64,000 nt of DNA from Azolla caroliniana (taxonomy: Eukaryota > Plantae > Polypodiophyta). The stretch lies in the NCBI GenBank assembly GCA_043228905.1, contig JBHGNT010000013.1:1922001-1986000 (forward strand). The letters run 5' to 3'. A program made the translations under genes and the position numbers. The notes beneath the pieces are model-generated. The model was given only the letters and a program-made list of their open reading frames with translations. It had not been told where the DNA came from and did no database searches. Of the stretch, positions 23,695 to 36,347 are shown piece by piece. Within the stretch, counting starts at the first letter, position 1. The number at the start of each line of letters is the position of its first letter.

Positions 23695-26600
23695 TGTTGG
23701 AGAATCCACGCTTCGATTCACCTTCTTCTTCCCGGCCACAACCGAGTAATCGCGATTCAATGCAGCAGAAAATAGGAAATACAGAGAAAGACACGATACA
23801 CAGGGATTAACGTGGAAAACCCTATACGGGAAAAAACCACGGGAGTGCAAGACTCCAACTATCACTATGAACAGGGATGTACACTGGTGAAGCTACAAGG
23901 CAACAACCTTGAGCTCACTGTCTTTGCCACAGGCGGCGGCAATACACAGAGGCAACGACCTCTTCCTTACTCTTCCTCTCTCACTCTCTCTCGGCCGCTC
24001 TCACTTCGCTTCCTCTCAGTGGAAAACAGAAAATGAGCAACAACATAAACTGTTTGCCCTAAGTCATATTTATACACGTATGACTTTCGGGCTATTTACA
24101 AATATAGCCTCAAGGGCCCTTAGCAAACATATTCACAAATATGTCCCCGCATCCGGATCTCTCTCCGGGTACATACGTCATCCGGCTCCGTAACCGGGGT
24201 CTTCAGCATCCGGATCCGTAACCGGGGTCTTCAGCATCCGGCTCCGTAACCGGGGTCTTCAGCATCCGGCTCCGTAACCGGGTACTCTTCATCCGGCTCC
24301 GTAACCGGGTACTCTTCATCCGGCTTCATGCCGGGTACTCTTCATCATACGGTTCCGTAACAGCCTCCGGGCTTGCCGTCATTCATCTCCGGACATCCCA
24401 TCCGGAGGGACCGAAATCCCAACAAACTCCCCCTTCACTTCGGCATGGGATGTCTCTCCAACCCGATCCTCTTCCGGCATGCTTCCAGCTTGTCGGGTGT
24501 AAGCACCTTGGTCAGCATATCCGACCCGTTCTCGTCCGTGTGGATCTTCGTCAGCACGAACTCCTTGTCTTCTATCCTTTCCCGGATCCAGTGATATCTT
24601 CGCTGGATGTGCTTCGTCCGGGAATGGTAGGCCGCGTTCTTCGCAAGGTGGATGGCACTCTGACTGTCGCAGTAGAGTCGGTACTCCTCTTGCCGGATAC
24701 CGAGCTCTCTAATGAAGTCCTTCATCCATATTATTTCCTTGCCGGCTTCAACAGCCGCCATGTACTCCGCCTCCGTGGTTGACAACGCAACCGTCTTCTG
24801 CAGCCTCGACTGCCACGAAACAGCTCCCCCTGCATAAGTCATCACATACCCTGATGTGGACCGGCTGGTATCTGCATCAGCCGACATATCCGAATTGGTG
24901 AAGCCGTCGAGTTCGGGCTTACCGGAGCCGAATCGGAGGCACACGTTTGCCGTGCCCTTCAGGTATCGGAGTATCCACTTGACCGCGTTCCAGTGCTCTT
25001 TGCCGGGTTTGCTCATGTACCGGCTCACCACTCCAACTGCATATCCTATGTCCGGTCTTGTACACACCATTGCGTACATCAAGCTTCCGACGGCAGAGGC
25101 ATATGGTACTTTCATCATGTCCTCCTTCTCAGCCTTTGTCTTGGGGCTTTGCTTGCTGGACAACTTGCAGTTTGCCGGGAGGGTTGATCCGACCGGTCTT
25201 GCTTCCGACATGTTGAACCGGTGAAGCACCTTCGTCACGTACTTCTCCTGTGACAGCCACAACTGCTTCTTCTTCCGGTCCCGGATGATGTGCATCCCTA
25301 GTATTTGCCTCGCCGGACCCAGGTCCTTCATTGAGAAGGTTCGGTGAAGAGCCTTCTTCAGCATCCGTATCTTGACCTGGTCCCGTCCGACGATCAACAT
25401 GTCGTCTACGTACAGGAGGAGTATTAGAAAGTCTCCTCCTTCGAATTTCTTCACAAACACGCAGTGGTCGGACTGCGTTTTGAGGTAGCCTTCGTCGGTC
25501 ATGAAGGAGTCAAACTTCCGGTACCATTGCCGGGGAGCCTGCTTTAGACCGTAAAGGCTCTTCTTCAACCGGCATACCAGGTGCTCCTTCCCTTTCTTCT
25601 CGAATCCTTCCGGTTGCTGCATGTAGATCTCTTCTTCGAGGTCACCGTGAAGGAATGCCGTCTTCACGTCCATCTGTTCTACCACGAGGTCCATGCTTGC
25701 CGCTATGCTCAGCACCGTCCGGATGGAGGTCATCTTCACTACCGGGGCAAATATCTCGTCGAAGTCGACGCCCTTCTTTTGCTGAAACCCCTTCACCACG
25801 ATCCTGGCTTTGTATCTCGGGGGGTTTCCGGCATCTCCCGGTTTCAGCTTGAACACCCACTTGTTTCGAAGTGCCCGCTTTCCTTTCGGCAACTCCACAA
25901 GTTCATATGTGTGGTTCTCATGCAGGGAATCCATCTCGTCCTGCATGGCACTCAACCACCTGCGGCTCTGGGTGTCGTGCTTTGCTTCTTCAAAGCTCTC
26001 CGGCTCCCCCTCGTCGGTTAGCAGCACGTGCTCTGGTTCCGGAAATCTCCGGGGGGCCCTTCTCTCTCTTAGAGGGTATCTCCGTTCCGGAGCTTCGGTA
26101 ACCGGCTGCTCCGTTTCCTCTTCATCCGAATCCATTTCGGGATCGGGGCCGGTTCCGGTATTATTTTCATCTTCTTCGGCCGGTTCTGTTTCTTCACCGT
26201 CTTCGGCCGGATCCTCGAGTGCTAACCGGTCCCTTGCCGGTCGGGACTGCTCCTCGTAGAGTTGATCCTCACCGGTCGACTTGGAGCTCTTCATCTTCTT
26301 CTCCGACTCCCAGTCGGCGAGTGTCTTGTTCTCCATGAAGATGATATCACGACTCCGGAATATCTTCTTGTCGACCGGGTCCCATACTCGGTAGCCGAAC
26401 TCGTCGTCGCCGTAACCGAGGAATATGCATGGCCGGGTCTTCGGATCTAGCTTTCCTCTCCGGTCCTTTGCCACATGCACGTATGCGAGACACCCGAACA
26501 CCTTCAGATGCCGGTAGGACACTTCCTTACCGGTCCACACTCTCTGCGGCGTGTCTCCGTCCAAAGGTACTGAGGGTGATCGGTTTATCACATATGTCGC

Positions 26601-29268
26601 CGTAGACATTGCCTCAGCCCAAAACCCCTTGGGTAATTTCACATGCGCCAACATACTCCGAACCCTCTCCATTATGGTCCGGTTCATCCTCTCGGCCAGC
26701 CCGTTCAGTTCCGGTGTCTTCGGCACAGTAAACTCGAGCCGGATTCCCTTCGAGCGACAGTACTCCTGGAACTGCCCCCGGTATTCCCCTCCGTTATCCG
26801 CTCGTATCGCTTTCAGCTTCTTGCCGGATTCTCTTTCCACTCTCGCGTGGAGTTCTTTGAAGACGGACAATACTTGGTCCTTTGTCTTCAACGGTGCCGT
26901 CCACAGCTTCCGGCTGTGGTCATCAATGAATGTCACGAAGTACTGGGCTCCGCCATGTGACTTCGTTTCTACCTGACACACATCCGTGTGCACCAACTCC
27001 AATGGTGCGCTACGTCTCGTCGGTGGCCTTGAGTGGAAGGAGGTTCGGTTCTGCTTACCGGCCAGGCAATCGGTGCACTTCTCCAGGTGCACATGCTTCA
27101 CTGGGATAAGGTTGTCTTCTGCAAGCCTCTTCATCCCCTTCTCACTCATGTGGCACAGTCTCTTGTGCCACAGCTCACCGGCAGTGTCGGCTGCTACATT
27201 CAGCTCTTCCGGACATAGCCGGGAATTCATCAGGTACAGTGTGTTGATCTTCCGGGCCCGAGCCACTATCAGGCTCCCTTTGCTGAACTTCATGACACCG
27301 TTCCGGATGCTACCCGTGTAGCCTTCATCGTCTAGCCTCCCGGCCGAAATCAGGTTCAATCGAACCTCCGGAACGTGTCGAACATCCTTCAGCAGCATTT
27401 TGCATCCGGTCGAGGTTGTCAACCACACGTCTCCTATGCCGGCGATCCGGCACGTACCTTCATTTCCCATCCGAACACAGCCATGCTCACCGGCTGTGTA
27501 GGATGAGAAGTATCTTCTTTCCGGGGTCAGGTGGAACGACGCTCCGGAATCGACCACCCAGGTCGTCTCATCGCCGGCAATGTTTAGTTCACCTTCTTCG
27601 GTGATGAGCATGATTTCTTCCTCACTTGCCGCGAGTGCCGTCGTTCCTTTCCGGTCCTGCCCTCGCCGATCCGGACCTCTCCGGTCCGTGGCTCCCCGGT
27701 ATGCACCGTTTCTCTCCGGTGACTTCTTCGAATCGGTGTCGTCGGCTCCGTTGTCTTTTCGGTAATGCCGACAATTCTTCCGGAAGTGCCCCGGCTTCCC
27801 ACAGTGGAAGCATGTGGGTCTTCCTCTTGACTGCGACCGGGTCCCCGACTTCTCCCGTCTTTGCGGACTCCGGTTCCATTGTCTTCCCCGTTCCGATTCG
27901 GTAAGCAGCGCCTTCGAGTCGGAGGCCGGTTCTTTATCTCTCCGACGCGCTTCTTCGTTCAAAATACTTGTCTTTACCGTTTGTAGGGACAAGTTATCTT
28001 CGGTGCAGGAGGTGCTGAGAGTTACCACCAAGTTTTCCCAGCTTTCCGGCAATGTACACATCAGTATGATGGCTTGCATTGCATCCTCCAGCGGGAACTT
28101 GATCGCCGCAAGCTGGTTCACGAATCCCATGAACGTGCTTACGTGTTCCACCATACTCTCGCCGTCCCGGTACTTGAGATTCACAATCTTCCTCATCAGG
28201 GAGGTCCGGTTCAACGCATTCTTCCTCTCGTAGAGGCCCGACAGCTTCTTCCACATCTCATATGCGTTGGTGTCATTCGCCACATGTTGTAGGATGCTTA
28301 CATCGACATATTGTCGGATCGTCGCTACGGCTTTCCGGTTCAGGAGCTTCCACTCCGACTCAAGTACTCCCTTCGGTATTTCCGACCTGTCAATCGGTTC
28401 GTACAGGTCCCGAACAATCAGAAGATCCTCCATCTTGATCTTCCAGTCGGCGTAATTCTGTGCATTCAGCACCATCATTCCCGGCTGCCCGCTGCCGCCG
28501 CCTTCCATTTTCTGCAGCAGTTCACTCTGATACCAGTTTGTTGGAGAATCCACGCTTCGATTCACCTTCTTCTTCCCGGCCACAACCGAGTAATCGCGAT
28601 TCAATGCAGCAGAAAATAGGAAATACAGAGAAAGACACGATACACAGGGATTAACGTGGAAAACCCTATACGGGAAAAAACCACGGGAGTGCAAGACTCC
28701 AACTATCACTATGAACAGGGATGTACACTGGTGAAGCTACAAGGCAACAACCTTGAGCTCACTGTCTTCGCCACAGGCGGCGGCAATACACAGAGGCAAC
28801 GACCTCTTCCTTACTCTTCCTCTCTCACTCTCTCTCGGCCGCTCTCACTTCGCTTCCTCTCAGTGGAAAACAGAAAATGAGCAACAACATAAACTGTTTG
28901 CCCTAAGTCATATTTATACACGTATGACTTTCGGGCTATTTACAAATATAGCCTCAAGGGCCCTTAGCAAACATATTCACAAATATGTCCCCGCATCCGG
29001 ATCTCTCTCCGGGTACATACGTCATCCGGCTCCGTAACCGGGGTCTTCAGCATCCGGATCCGTAACCGGGGTCTTCAGCATCCGGCTCCGTAACCGGGGT
29101 CTTCAGCATCCGGCTCCGTAACCGGGTACTCTTCATCCGGCTCCGTAACCGGGTACTCTTCATCCGGCTTCATGCCGGGTACTCTTCATCATACGGTTCC
29201 GTAACAGCCTCCGGGCTTGCCGTCATTCATCTCCGGACATCCCATCCGGAGGGACCGAAATCCCAACA
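23695..29268 (-). mobile_element. Young full-length Ty1/copia element (Tnt1/Tork-like)
   Basis: 730-bp LTRs at 23695-24424 and 28539-29268, with one difference seen; TSD CTGAT on both sides; PBS TGGTATCAGAG (tRNA-iMet) at 28535-28525; PPT GAAGGGGGAG. Confidence 0.98.
24435..28508 (-). CDS. Uninterrupted copia Gag-Pol polyprotein (about 1357 aa from the first ATG after the PBS)
   Basis: CFHCGKPGHFRKNC knuckle, VDSGAS protease, HHCC/DDE integrase, YVDD RT, RNase H. Confidence 0.97.
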   Translation of the reverse strand: MEGGGSGQPGMMVLNAQNYADWKIKMEDLLIVRDLYEPIDRSEIPKGVLESEWKLLNRKAVATIRQYVDVSILQHVANDTNAYEMWKKLSGLYERKNALNRTSLMRKIVNLKYRDGESMVEHVSTFMGFVNQLAAIKFPLEDAMQAIILMCTLPESWENLVVTLSTSCTEDNLSLQTVKTSILNEEARRRDKEPASDSKALLTESERGRQWNRSPQRREKSGTRSQSRGRPTCFHCGKPGHFRKNCRHYRKDNGADDTDSKKSPERNGAYRGATDRRGPDRRGQDRKGTTALAASEEEIMLITEEGELNIAGDETTWVVDSGASFHLTPERRYFSSYTAGEHGCVRMGNEGTCRIAGIGDVWLTTSTGCKMLLKDVRHVPEVRLNLISAGRLDDEGYTGSIRNGVMKFSKGSLIVARARKINTLYLMNSRLCPEELNVAADTAGELWHKRLCHMSEKGMKRLAEDNLIPVKHVHLEKCTDCLAGKQNRTSFHSRPPTRRSAPLELVHTDVCQVETKSHGGAQYFVTFIDDHSRKLWTAPLKTKDQVLSVFKELHARVERESGKKLKAIRADNGGEYRGQFQEYCRSKGIRLEFTVPKTPELNGLAERMNRTIMERVRSMLAHVKLPKGFWAEAMSTATYVINRSPSVPLDGDTPQRVWTGKEVSYRHLKVFGCLAYVHVAKDRRGKLDPKTRPCIFLGYGDDEFGYRVWDPVDKKIFRSRDIIFMENKTLADWESEKKMKSSKSTGEDQLYEEQSRPARDRLALEDPAEDGEETEPAEEDENNTGTGPDPEMDSDEEETEQPVTEAPERRYPLRERRAPRRFPEPEHVLLTDEGEPESFEEAKHDTQSRRWLSAMQDEMDSLHENHTYELVELPKGKRALRNKWVFKLKPGDAGNPPRYKARIVVKGFQQKKGVDFDEIFAPVVKMTSIRTVLSIAASMDLVVEQMDVKTAFLHGDLEEEIYMQQPEGFEKKGKEHLVCRLKKSLYGLKQAPRQWYRKFDSFMTDEGYLKTQSDHCVFVKKFEGGDFLILLLYVDDMLIVGRDQVKIRMLKKALHRTFSMKDLGPARQILGMHIIRDRKKKQLWLSQEKYVTKVLHRFNMSEARPVGSTLPANCKLSSKQSPKTKAEKEDMMKVPYASAVGSLMYAMVCTRPDIGYAVGVVSRYMSKPGKEHWNAVKWILRYLKGTANVCLRFGSGKPELDGFTNSDMSADADTSRSTSGYVMTYAGGAVSWQSRLQKTVALSTTEAEYMAAVEAGKEIIWMKDFIRELGIRQEEYRLYCDSQSAIHLAKNAAYHSRTKHIQRRYHWIRERIEDKEFVLTKIHTDENGSDMLTKVLTPDKLEACRKRIGLERHPMPK

Positions 29269-29818
29269 CTGATTATTGTATATACTCAGGAACATTCTAG
29301 AACATTCTAGAATATCCTAGAACATCTTAGAATGTTCTGGGTCTAGAACATTATAGAAATGTCTAGGCTATTCTATAGGAACCTATAAAAATAGGGGCAT
29401 ACATGTATTCTCAAATCAATACCAATCTTAAGCTCTCATAGCCTATCATGTGTCAAGGCCTTAGCTTGACAAAAAAAGATTGAACAAGAGAGGAAAAGAA
29501 AGAGAGAACAATGGCGATATTTTAATTATAATAGGAAATTATACAAGAGCAAGAACTAGAATATTTGCCAAAGACTGGTGTTGAACCAGAATGGTTATAA
29601 TAATACAATATGTCCTATTTATATAGGAGTAGTATGTGCCCCTTGGATGTTTGTAGGGTGATGATACCCTTTGGGATGTTGTAGGGTCATGATACCCTTT
29701 GGGATATTGAAGGGTCATGGCACCCTTTGGGATATTGAATGGTCAAGGCAACCTTTGGATATTTATAGGGTTACATTTCAATATTATAATAAAGTAAATT
29801 ATAATATCTTTATGTAAA

Positions 29819-29892
29819 ACATATATAACCTAATGGCTGGAGTTGAGTGCTCCTCCTTAGGAGGTCACGGGTTCGAGTCACCCTAAACCTCA
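29819..29892 (+). promoter_or_regulatory. tRNA-like A/B-box cassette in LTR E (also about 36720-36790 and 60135-60203)
   Basis: A-box-like TAACCTAATGG at 29826-29836; B box GGTTCGAGTCA at 29870-29880. Confidence 0.65.
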
Positions 29893-31576
29893 TGGGGTTT
29901 CATCTACTCATGACACCATCTCCCTTCTTTAATGACGAGTTCCACAAGTCATAATGCATGAATTGGGGCTCCGCTTATTTGGATATTGACGATGAAATTC
30001 AGCTACCAGATCGGAGGCGTTATCAAGATTCTCGGCTAGTTCCCAAGTACGATCATTAGGTGTATAACCTAAGCAGGCCATGAGATAATAAAGCTTCTTA
30101 CATACTATCTTGGAGTCCAAAACAACTTTGACTTCAAATTATGGGCCATAAACAATTTGAACCGGAGGTGGGGATAGAACAACCAGATCTAGAATGGAAC
30201 TAGCATTGTAAGGTTCCATGCTCTTGGTGGACTTGTGTGTCATGCTCTTTTTGACTTTTTGAGTAGATCAAGATGTCATCAAGATATACTATGGTAAATG
30301 AATCCAAGAAGTCGCGAAAAATATCATTCGCCATGTGTTGAAAATCTGCGGGCGCATTCGTTAGACCAAAAGGCCTAACCGTGTACTCGAAATATCCGTA
30401 TCGAATACGCAATGTTGTTTTCCATTCGTCTCTTGGACGTATCCGAACAAGTTTAGATGCACCTCGAAGGTCTAGCTTTGTGAAAACATTAGCTCCACTA
30501 AGACGCTCTAGTAAACTCGATATCAAGGGTAGAGCATATCTATTTCGAACTGTGATTTTGTTTAAATCTCGATAATCCACGAACAATTGTAAAAACCCAT
30601 CTTTCTTTTTAACAAAGAATATGGGTCATGCTCTTCTTGAATTTTTGAGTGGATCAAGATGTCATCAAGATATACTATGGTAAATGAATCCAAGAAGTCG
30701 CGAAACATATCATTCGTCATGTGTTGAAAAACTGCGAATGCATTCGTGAGACCAAAAGGCATAACCGTGTACTCGAATTGTCCGTATCGAGTACGGAATG
30801 TTGTCTTCCATTCGTCTCTTGGACGTATCTGAACAAGGTTATATGTGCCTCGGAGGTCTATCTTTGTGAAAGCTTTAACACCACTAAGACGCTCTAGTAA
30901 ACTCGATATCAAGGGTAGAGCATATCTATTTTGAACTGTGATTTTGTTTAAACCTCGATAATCCATGACGAATTGTAATGACCCATCTTTCTTCTTGACA
31001 AAGAATATGGGTGCACCAGCAGGGCTTTTAGAATGTCGAATGAATCCATTCGCTAGGTGCTCATCTATATACTCTCCAAGGGCCATGAGTTCAGAAGGTG
31101 ATATATTACATATTGGGCCCCATGGTGGCTCTTTCCCAGGTTGTAGATCGATCGGACAATCATAAGGACGATGGCCTCCAAGAGAACTAGCTATAGTTTT
31201 GTTGAAGATGTCTTCAAAATTCAAGTACTTAGTAGGGAGGTGAGTACATGCCCCTTGTGAACTAGAGGATGGATTTGCCGTTACTGCAAAGATAAACATT
31301 TCATTTGTCCGCCCGTCTTCTCGTAAGTTTTGTAGAGATATGAACGAGATTTGGTGAGGTTTCGAATCTTGGTTGGTAGTAACAAAGCTGTTGGATTCAA
31401 GTTTCTGTTGGAAATAATTGATTGCTCGATTTCTCCAGTCAGTTTTAGGAATGTGAAGCTCAATCCAAGGATAACCGGATGCTCAGGCCTACTAATTATA
31501 TTGAAGGAAATCACACAAGCAAAGCTACCAAGGACTACTCGAATCGGCTCAGATTCTTCGACTATATCCCTAGATG

Positions 31577-31978
31577 TGTAAAGAATAGTGTGCGGAAGCA
31601 ATAGAAAACCGAACACAAAAAAGACGCAGGTTTCATGGAGAGCTTGAATATACACAATACGCGGGAGAGACAAAGAGAGAGAACACACAAAAAGCTAAAT
31701 CAAAAATAATACTCAATTTGTACATACACCGTGCTCAGTGAGCACCTTTTTTACGAGTGCTGACAATAGGGTTGACACAAGTACTGACAGTACTTGACCA
31801 CTCATAAACGAGCCTACTACACTAACTCCCAAAATTATTCCTTACGAGGAATATCTTCGCAATGGCCTCGTGGTTTTCACACCTATACGGCCATGTTATG
31901 CGTACCGATTTACGCACCCAGTCTATGCACTGGGTTACACATCGTATTACGCACGAATGTTGAGCTTCCCTCTCAACA
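31577..31978 (-). mobile_element. Solo LTR (family H, similar to the copia F LTR)
   Basis: TG...CA termini; 5-bp TSD AGATG on both sides; interrupts the protease region of E. Confidence 0.88.
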
Positions 31979-32217
31979 AGATGCAATACGGTGACCATCA
32001 ATGACTACAACGGATGCAGGACAAGGGAGGTTTCTCAATAGGATATTTTGGGATAAAGCAAATTCTTTGTCCATAAAACAAGAGTTGGCTCCTGAATCTA
32101 AGAGAGCAGATGCAAGAACTCGATGACCCCCAGAAGTGCTAAGCTCAACTTGTGTTGAAAAAACTCAGCTAACATGATTCGATAAAATGGAACCGCTACT
32201 TGGGGCTGACTTTACAT

Positions 32218-32920
32218 TGTCGTAGTGTGAATCACACACTACGTGAAATATGTAAAATGCTATATCCGATTTAAAGTACGTATAATAAATAAAATAAAAT
32301 ATTAAAAATACTTATTACGGTCATAGGGCAAGATTCGAACCCTGTACCTCCACATAGACAAACCCCAACCTTACCATTGTACTAACTTATCCCAAATGTT
32401 TTAAATATAGATTTAATATGTATAAGACCTTTATTAAAAGGAAAGTCATGCATTTTTTAGAATGTGTGAATACTTTATTTATAAGAAAAATGTACACCAA
32501 TAAAAAATGACTCGTGCACATCTAGCGAGCATGAGCACTATATTTAGGAAATAAAAGCATAGTGTAAAAAGGCAACTCATGCACATTTAGTGTGCATGAA
32601 CACTTTAGAAAAAAGCATGAAGTTATGCTTAGCATCTTTCATCCTTATATAAGGAGGAGAGAAAGATGTATGGGGGTTGTTGATTATTTTACAAGGATTG
32701 ATTAATAAAAAAATATTCGTGGGATTCACGATTTTGCCATCTATTTCTCTCTTACATTCTAAGTATCAATTAATACACTATACTCGTGGGATTCACGAGT
32801 TTTTCATATCTTTCTTTCTTACCATATATTTCATATCTTAGAAATTTCTTTTCTCCTAGTCCAAAACCTCGGTGGTTCCCACCCGATTCACGCAACGATC
32901 TGGAGCCGAAAGGTACGACA
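32218..32920 (+). mobile_element. Solo LTR of family A
   Basis: TGTCGTAG...TACGACA; 4-bp TSD ACAT/ACGT; empty site TTTACGTATT in the paralogue near 58480. Confidence 0.93.
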
Positions 32921-34169
32921 ACGTATTCTAGTTTGTCCAACCAAATGGCTCCGATTTTGATTGGTCTTATTCGTTTAATATTTCATCAAGCTAACTCAAG
33001 ACCTTAAAACTATTGGATTGGCCTAGACATGTCAGACTACTAGGGATAGATAATCAATCTGGGGAATTGGAATTAAGTTTCTCACTAGTACTTACTTGAT
33101 TTACTTGTCCTTTTGGCCTATGTTGGCATGTGATTGCTATGTGTCCTGGACCACCACAATAGAAACATAGACGGTTTGCTCGGCATCGTTGCTTCTTAGT
33201 TTCAGACAAAGGCCCTCGACGACGTGTTACATGGATCTCCATTGGACTTGGACCAGTTGATAGAATCATGTGTGAAGTTTGGGTAGTGCTCGTAGGTGTC
33301 GAGGCCACTATTGAAGCATATGTTTGATTCGTTCTTGGTTATGACGTTAGTTGACTTTCTGAACGTCGCTCGAATAAACGATTGTCACATCGCACCGCAT
33401 GACTTATTGCTTCTGTAAGAGATCTTGGATCTTCGTACAAAGTTAATAACAAATCGTTTACATCATTTCGTAGTCCATGGCGAAACTGATCCATTAATGC
33501 TTCTTCATCCCATGGAATATCACAAGCTAGGAGGCGGAAATCTGAGGCGTATGCGGAGGCAGGACGATCCCCTTGACGCAGTCTTCGAATTTTATTGATC
33601 ACCGTTCTGACACTATCAGTGTCTCCAAAGTTTGCTTGAAATTCTTTAATAAAACCTTCAAAGTCTTGAAGAAGAGGAGATTTCTTTTCTAGCAGTGGTG
33701 CAAACCATGCTAATGTTGTTCCTGTTAAGAGGGTTCCTACTAGTTCAACTTGAGTTGTATCGGTTGGATATCAATTAGGATGCATATGAATTACTAGATG
33801 CACCTGATTTAGAAATCCTTGAAATTGTGATCGATTACCATCGAACTTCCCAGGCAAACAAATCTTTGGTTCTTTGGGAGAGCTTTGTTGCATTGAAGCT
33901 TGTTGATGAAGAGACCGCAATGTTGTTTGGAGTTGTAATACACATGTTGATAACTCGTCATATTGTTATGCCTTTTCTATGCTTACTTGTTGTAAATCTC
34001 CAAGCAATCGTTGATTCTCTTGCTCTAGAGCCAAAAACTTATTTGTGAGATGCTCAAGCTCAGAGACGACTCAAAAATAGTCTTGCTTGCTATCGGTGAC
34101 AATAACACTTGATAGGATTCTCAAGAAAAAGAAGGAAAGAAGAGAGAGAAAGAGAGAGAGAAAGATAGA

Positions 34170-36137
34170 TATATTAACGTCTTCTAAGGCCAAATTTGGC
34201 CCATGAGACAATTGGTTTACAACAAAAATGAGTGTTTATCCAATCATCAAAACTAAAATAAAAGAAAATAGTAGTGTACAAAACTTTGCACTAAGCCTAA
34301 TCTCATTTCCACCCAAGTCTCTCAAAAAGAAGTGGGAGGTCAAAAGTTTTTGGTGTGGGTGTGACCCATGGTGTCGGCGTATAGAGTGCCCTAGCCATGG
34401 CTTCTAGGCGGTGTAGTTCATGTTCCCTTATTTTCTTTATTGCTTCTACATCTCGTCGAGTTGCTTTGAAACCCGGCCTCCAAGGGCGTTTGGTTCTTCT
34501 TTGATTTTCAGCTTCATCAAGGAAAAGCTCTAGTGGTGCAGGTGTGTCGACATTCATTGTCTCCCCCTGTTCCTGAAAAACTTCATTTGTTACATGTTGG
34601 TAAATATTAGCAACATTATTATCAATGTTTTGTAACTTATTCTCTCTGTGTTGTTTCAATTCTAAGATGTATCTACCTAATTTCCTTATATCTAGTGTAT
34701 CTAATAGTTTAGGGAGGGTGGGAGAGGAACCAAGTATGTCTTGGTATTTTGCCCTTATCTTGGCATAGGTGGGGCATTTGCATGTAAAATGGTACTCATC
34801 CTCTATCTCTATGTGGCATTACCTACATATCCTTTCCTCCATAGGGACTCCATTAATACGTCCATTCTCAATCTCAAGTTGGTGAGATGATATTCTAAGT
34901 TGACAAATGGCAACCCTTAGTGCATGTGGTAAGAATACATCTAGATATCTTGGCCGCGTGATAAAACCTAACTTAGAGAAGTGCATAAAGTGTTCCTTAT
35001 AGTACGACATTTTAGATGGGAGTGGCTCTAGTGAGGTGATCCATTTATACCAAGTATAAATTTGCCATATTTCTTGGCGTATTACTTTATTACGGTCCTC
35101 ATGAGAGATTAAAGTGTTATCAGACGTGTGGTCGTACTTAAGGGGGGGGAGGTAATTAATGTCTAGACCGTTGGCAAGAAGCCAACTCACCATCATGCCA
35201 TACAATGAGCTAGTATAGCCAGACTCATACAGTGCTCGAGAAGCCTTAAAGGCTTGATGGGATATTCTATCAAGTGGTTGGTTATGTATCTTGTGGATAA
35301 AGACTACAAGTTGAAAAAGTGCTTCTACTAACATAGGGGGTAGAGTGAACTCAACCCTAATAATGTCATGTGGGACCGACGATTTGCTTCGGAGTTGGCG
35401 TGATAACATCATCACCAATGGTCTCTCTAATTGCGTCCACATGAAAGATGGTAGTCTTGGAGCCCAAACCGCTGATGCATACATGAGAGAGGGAGTCACT
35501 AATGAGTCAAAGAGCCACCCTTTAGTTCATGTCTCTTGGAAGTATGCTTGGTGGCATTGTCTCTCGAGGAGTGAGAAGGATGCATGTCCTCTTGTAAGTC
35601 TATCCTTCGTTGCTTGTGTCATCGAAAATTTACCTAAGCGGGCACTGAAAGTGACTCCGAGATAGACATATGATCCAACCACCTCAACTGGGCTATGGGA
35701 GATAGTTAGGTGACACTTAGCTCTAACTTGGGCCGACATGTGGAAGATAAGGACTTTAGTTTTCCCTAGATTCACTACCAATCCTCATTGTGTGCAAAAG
35801 TCATCTAAGGCATTAAGGTGCCTTTGTAGCTCGTGTTCGGATTCAGAGAGCAAAACTATGTCGTCTGCATAGAGCAAGATATGCACCTGCGTATCCCCAA
35901 GGACTACTCCATTGCCTCCTTTACGAGCAATAAAATCTATGATCTCATCAATGTAGATCCCAAAAAGAGTCAGAGATAAGGGGCAACCTTGTTTTACACC
36001 AATAGTGCTAGTGAAACTATCGGATATGCCACCTGGGCATCCAACACAACTGGACACTTGTTCATATAGTGCGTAGATGGCCCAAACCATGTCATATGGT
36101 ATCCTCAAGCTCTTAAGCCTATCAAACAACCGCTCTC

Positions 36138-36140
<3 letters not shown>
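34170..36140 (-). mobile_element. 5'-truncated non-LTR retrotransposon, RTE/RTEX-like RT with a C-terminal CCHC region
   Basis: GVKQGCPLS, LLYADD, YLG and LRISSHQLEIENGR...ERICR*CHIEIEDEYHFTCKC motifs; flanked by GA-rich sequence. Confidence 0.88.

Positions 36141-36181
<41 letters not shown>
36138..36181. repeat. (GA)n microsatellite
   Basis: Direct dinucleotide run of about 21 units. Confidence 0.95.
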
Positions 36182-36183
<2 letters not shown>

Positions 36184-36347
36184 TGGTGAGAAAGAGAGAG
36201 AGAAAGAGAGAAGATATTCTGGTTCAAAGCCTATCAAACAACCGCTCTCTAGAGAGAGAGAGAGAAAGAGAGAACTGGCAAGAAAAAGAGAGAGAAAGAG
36301 AGAAGATATTCTGGCGAGAAAGTCTTAAGCTCTCATCGCATATCTTG

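Larger units (their letters stand above)
29451..34165 (-). mobile_element. Degraded chromovirus E: 3' LTR 29451-29915, chromodomain, duplicated RT N-half, protease and gag
   Basis: PPT AAGAAGGGAGATGG; two YLDD-containing segments; LDSGANS; gag CFYCGGPGHIAITC. RNase H and integrase are deleted. Confidence 0.9.

Noticed and set aside
28509-28709. N-terminal 67 aa of the 1424-aa ORF call
   Set aside because: This part runs through the LTR and PBS. The plausible start is the ATG at 28508.
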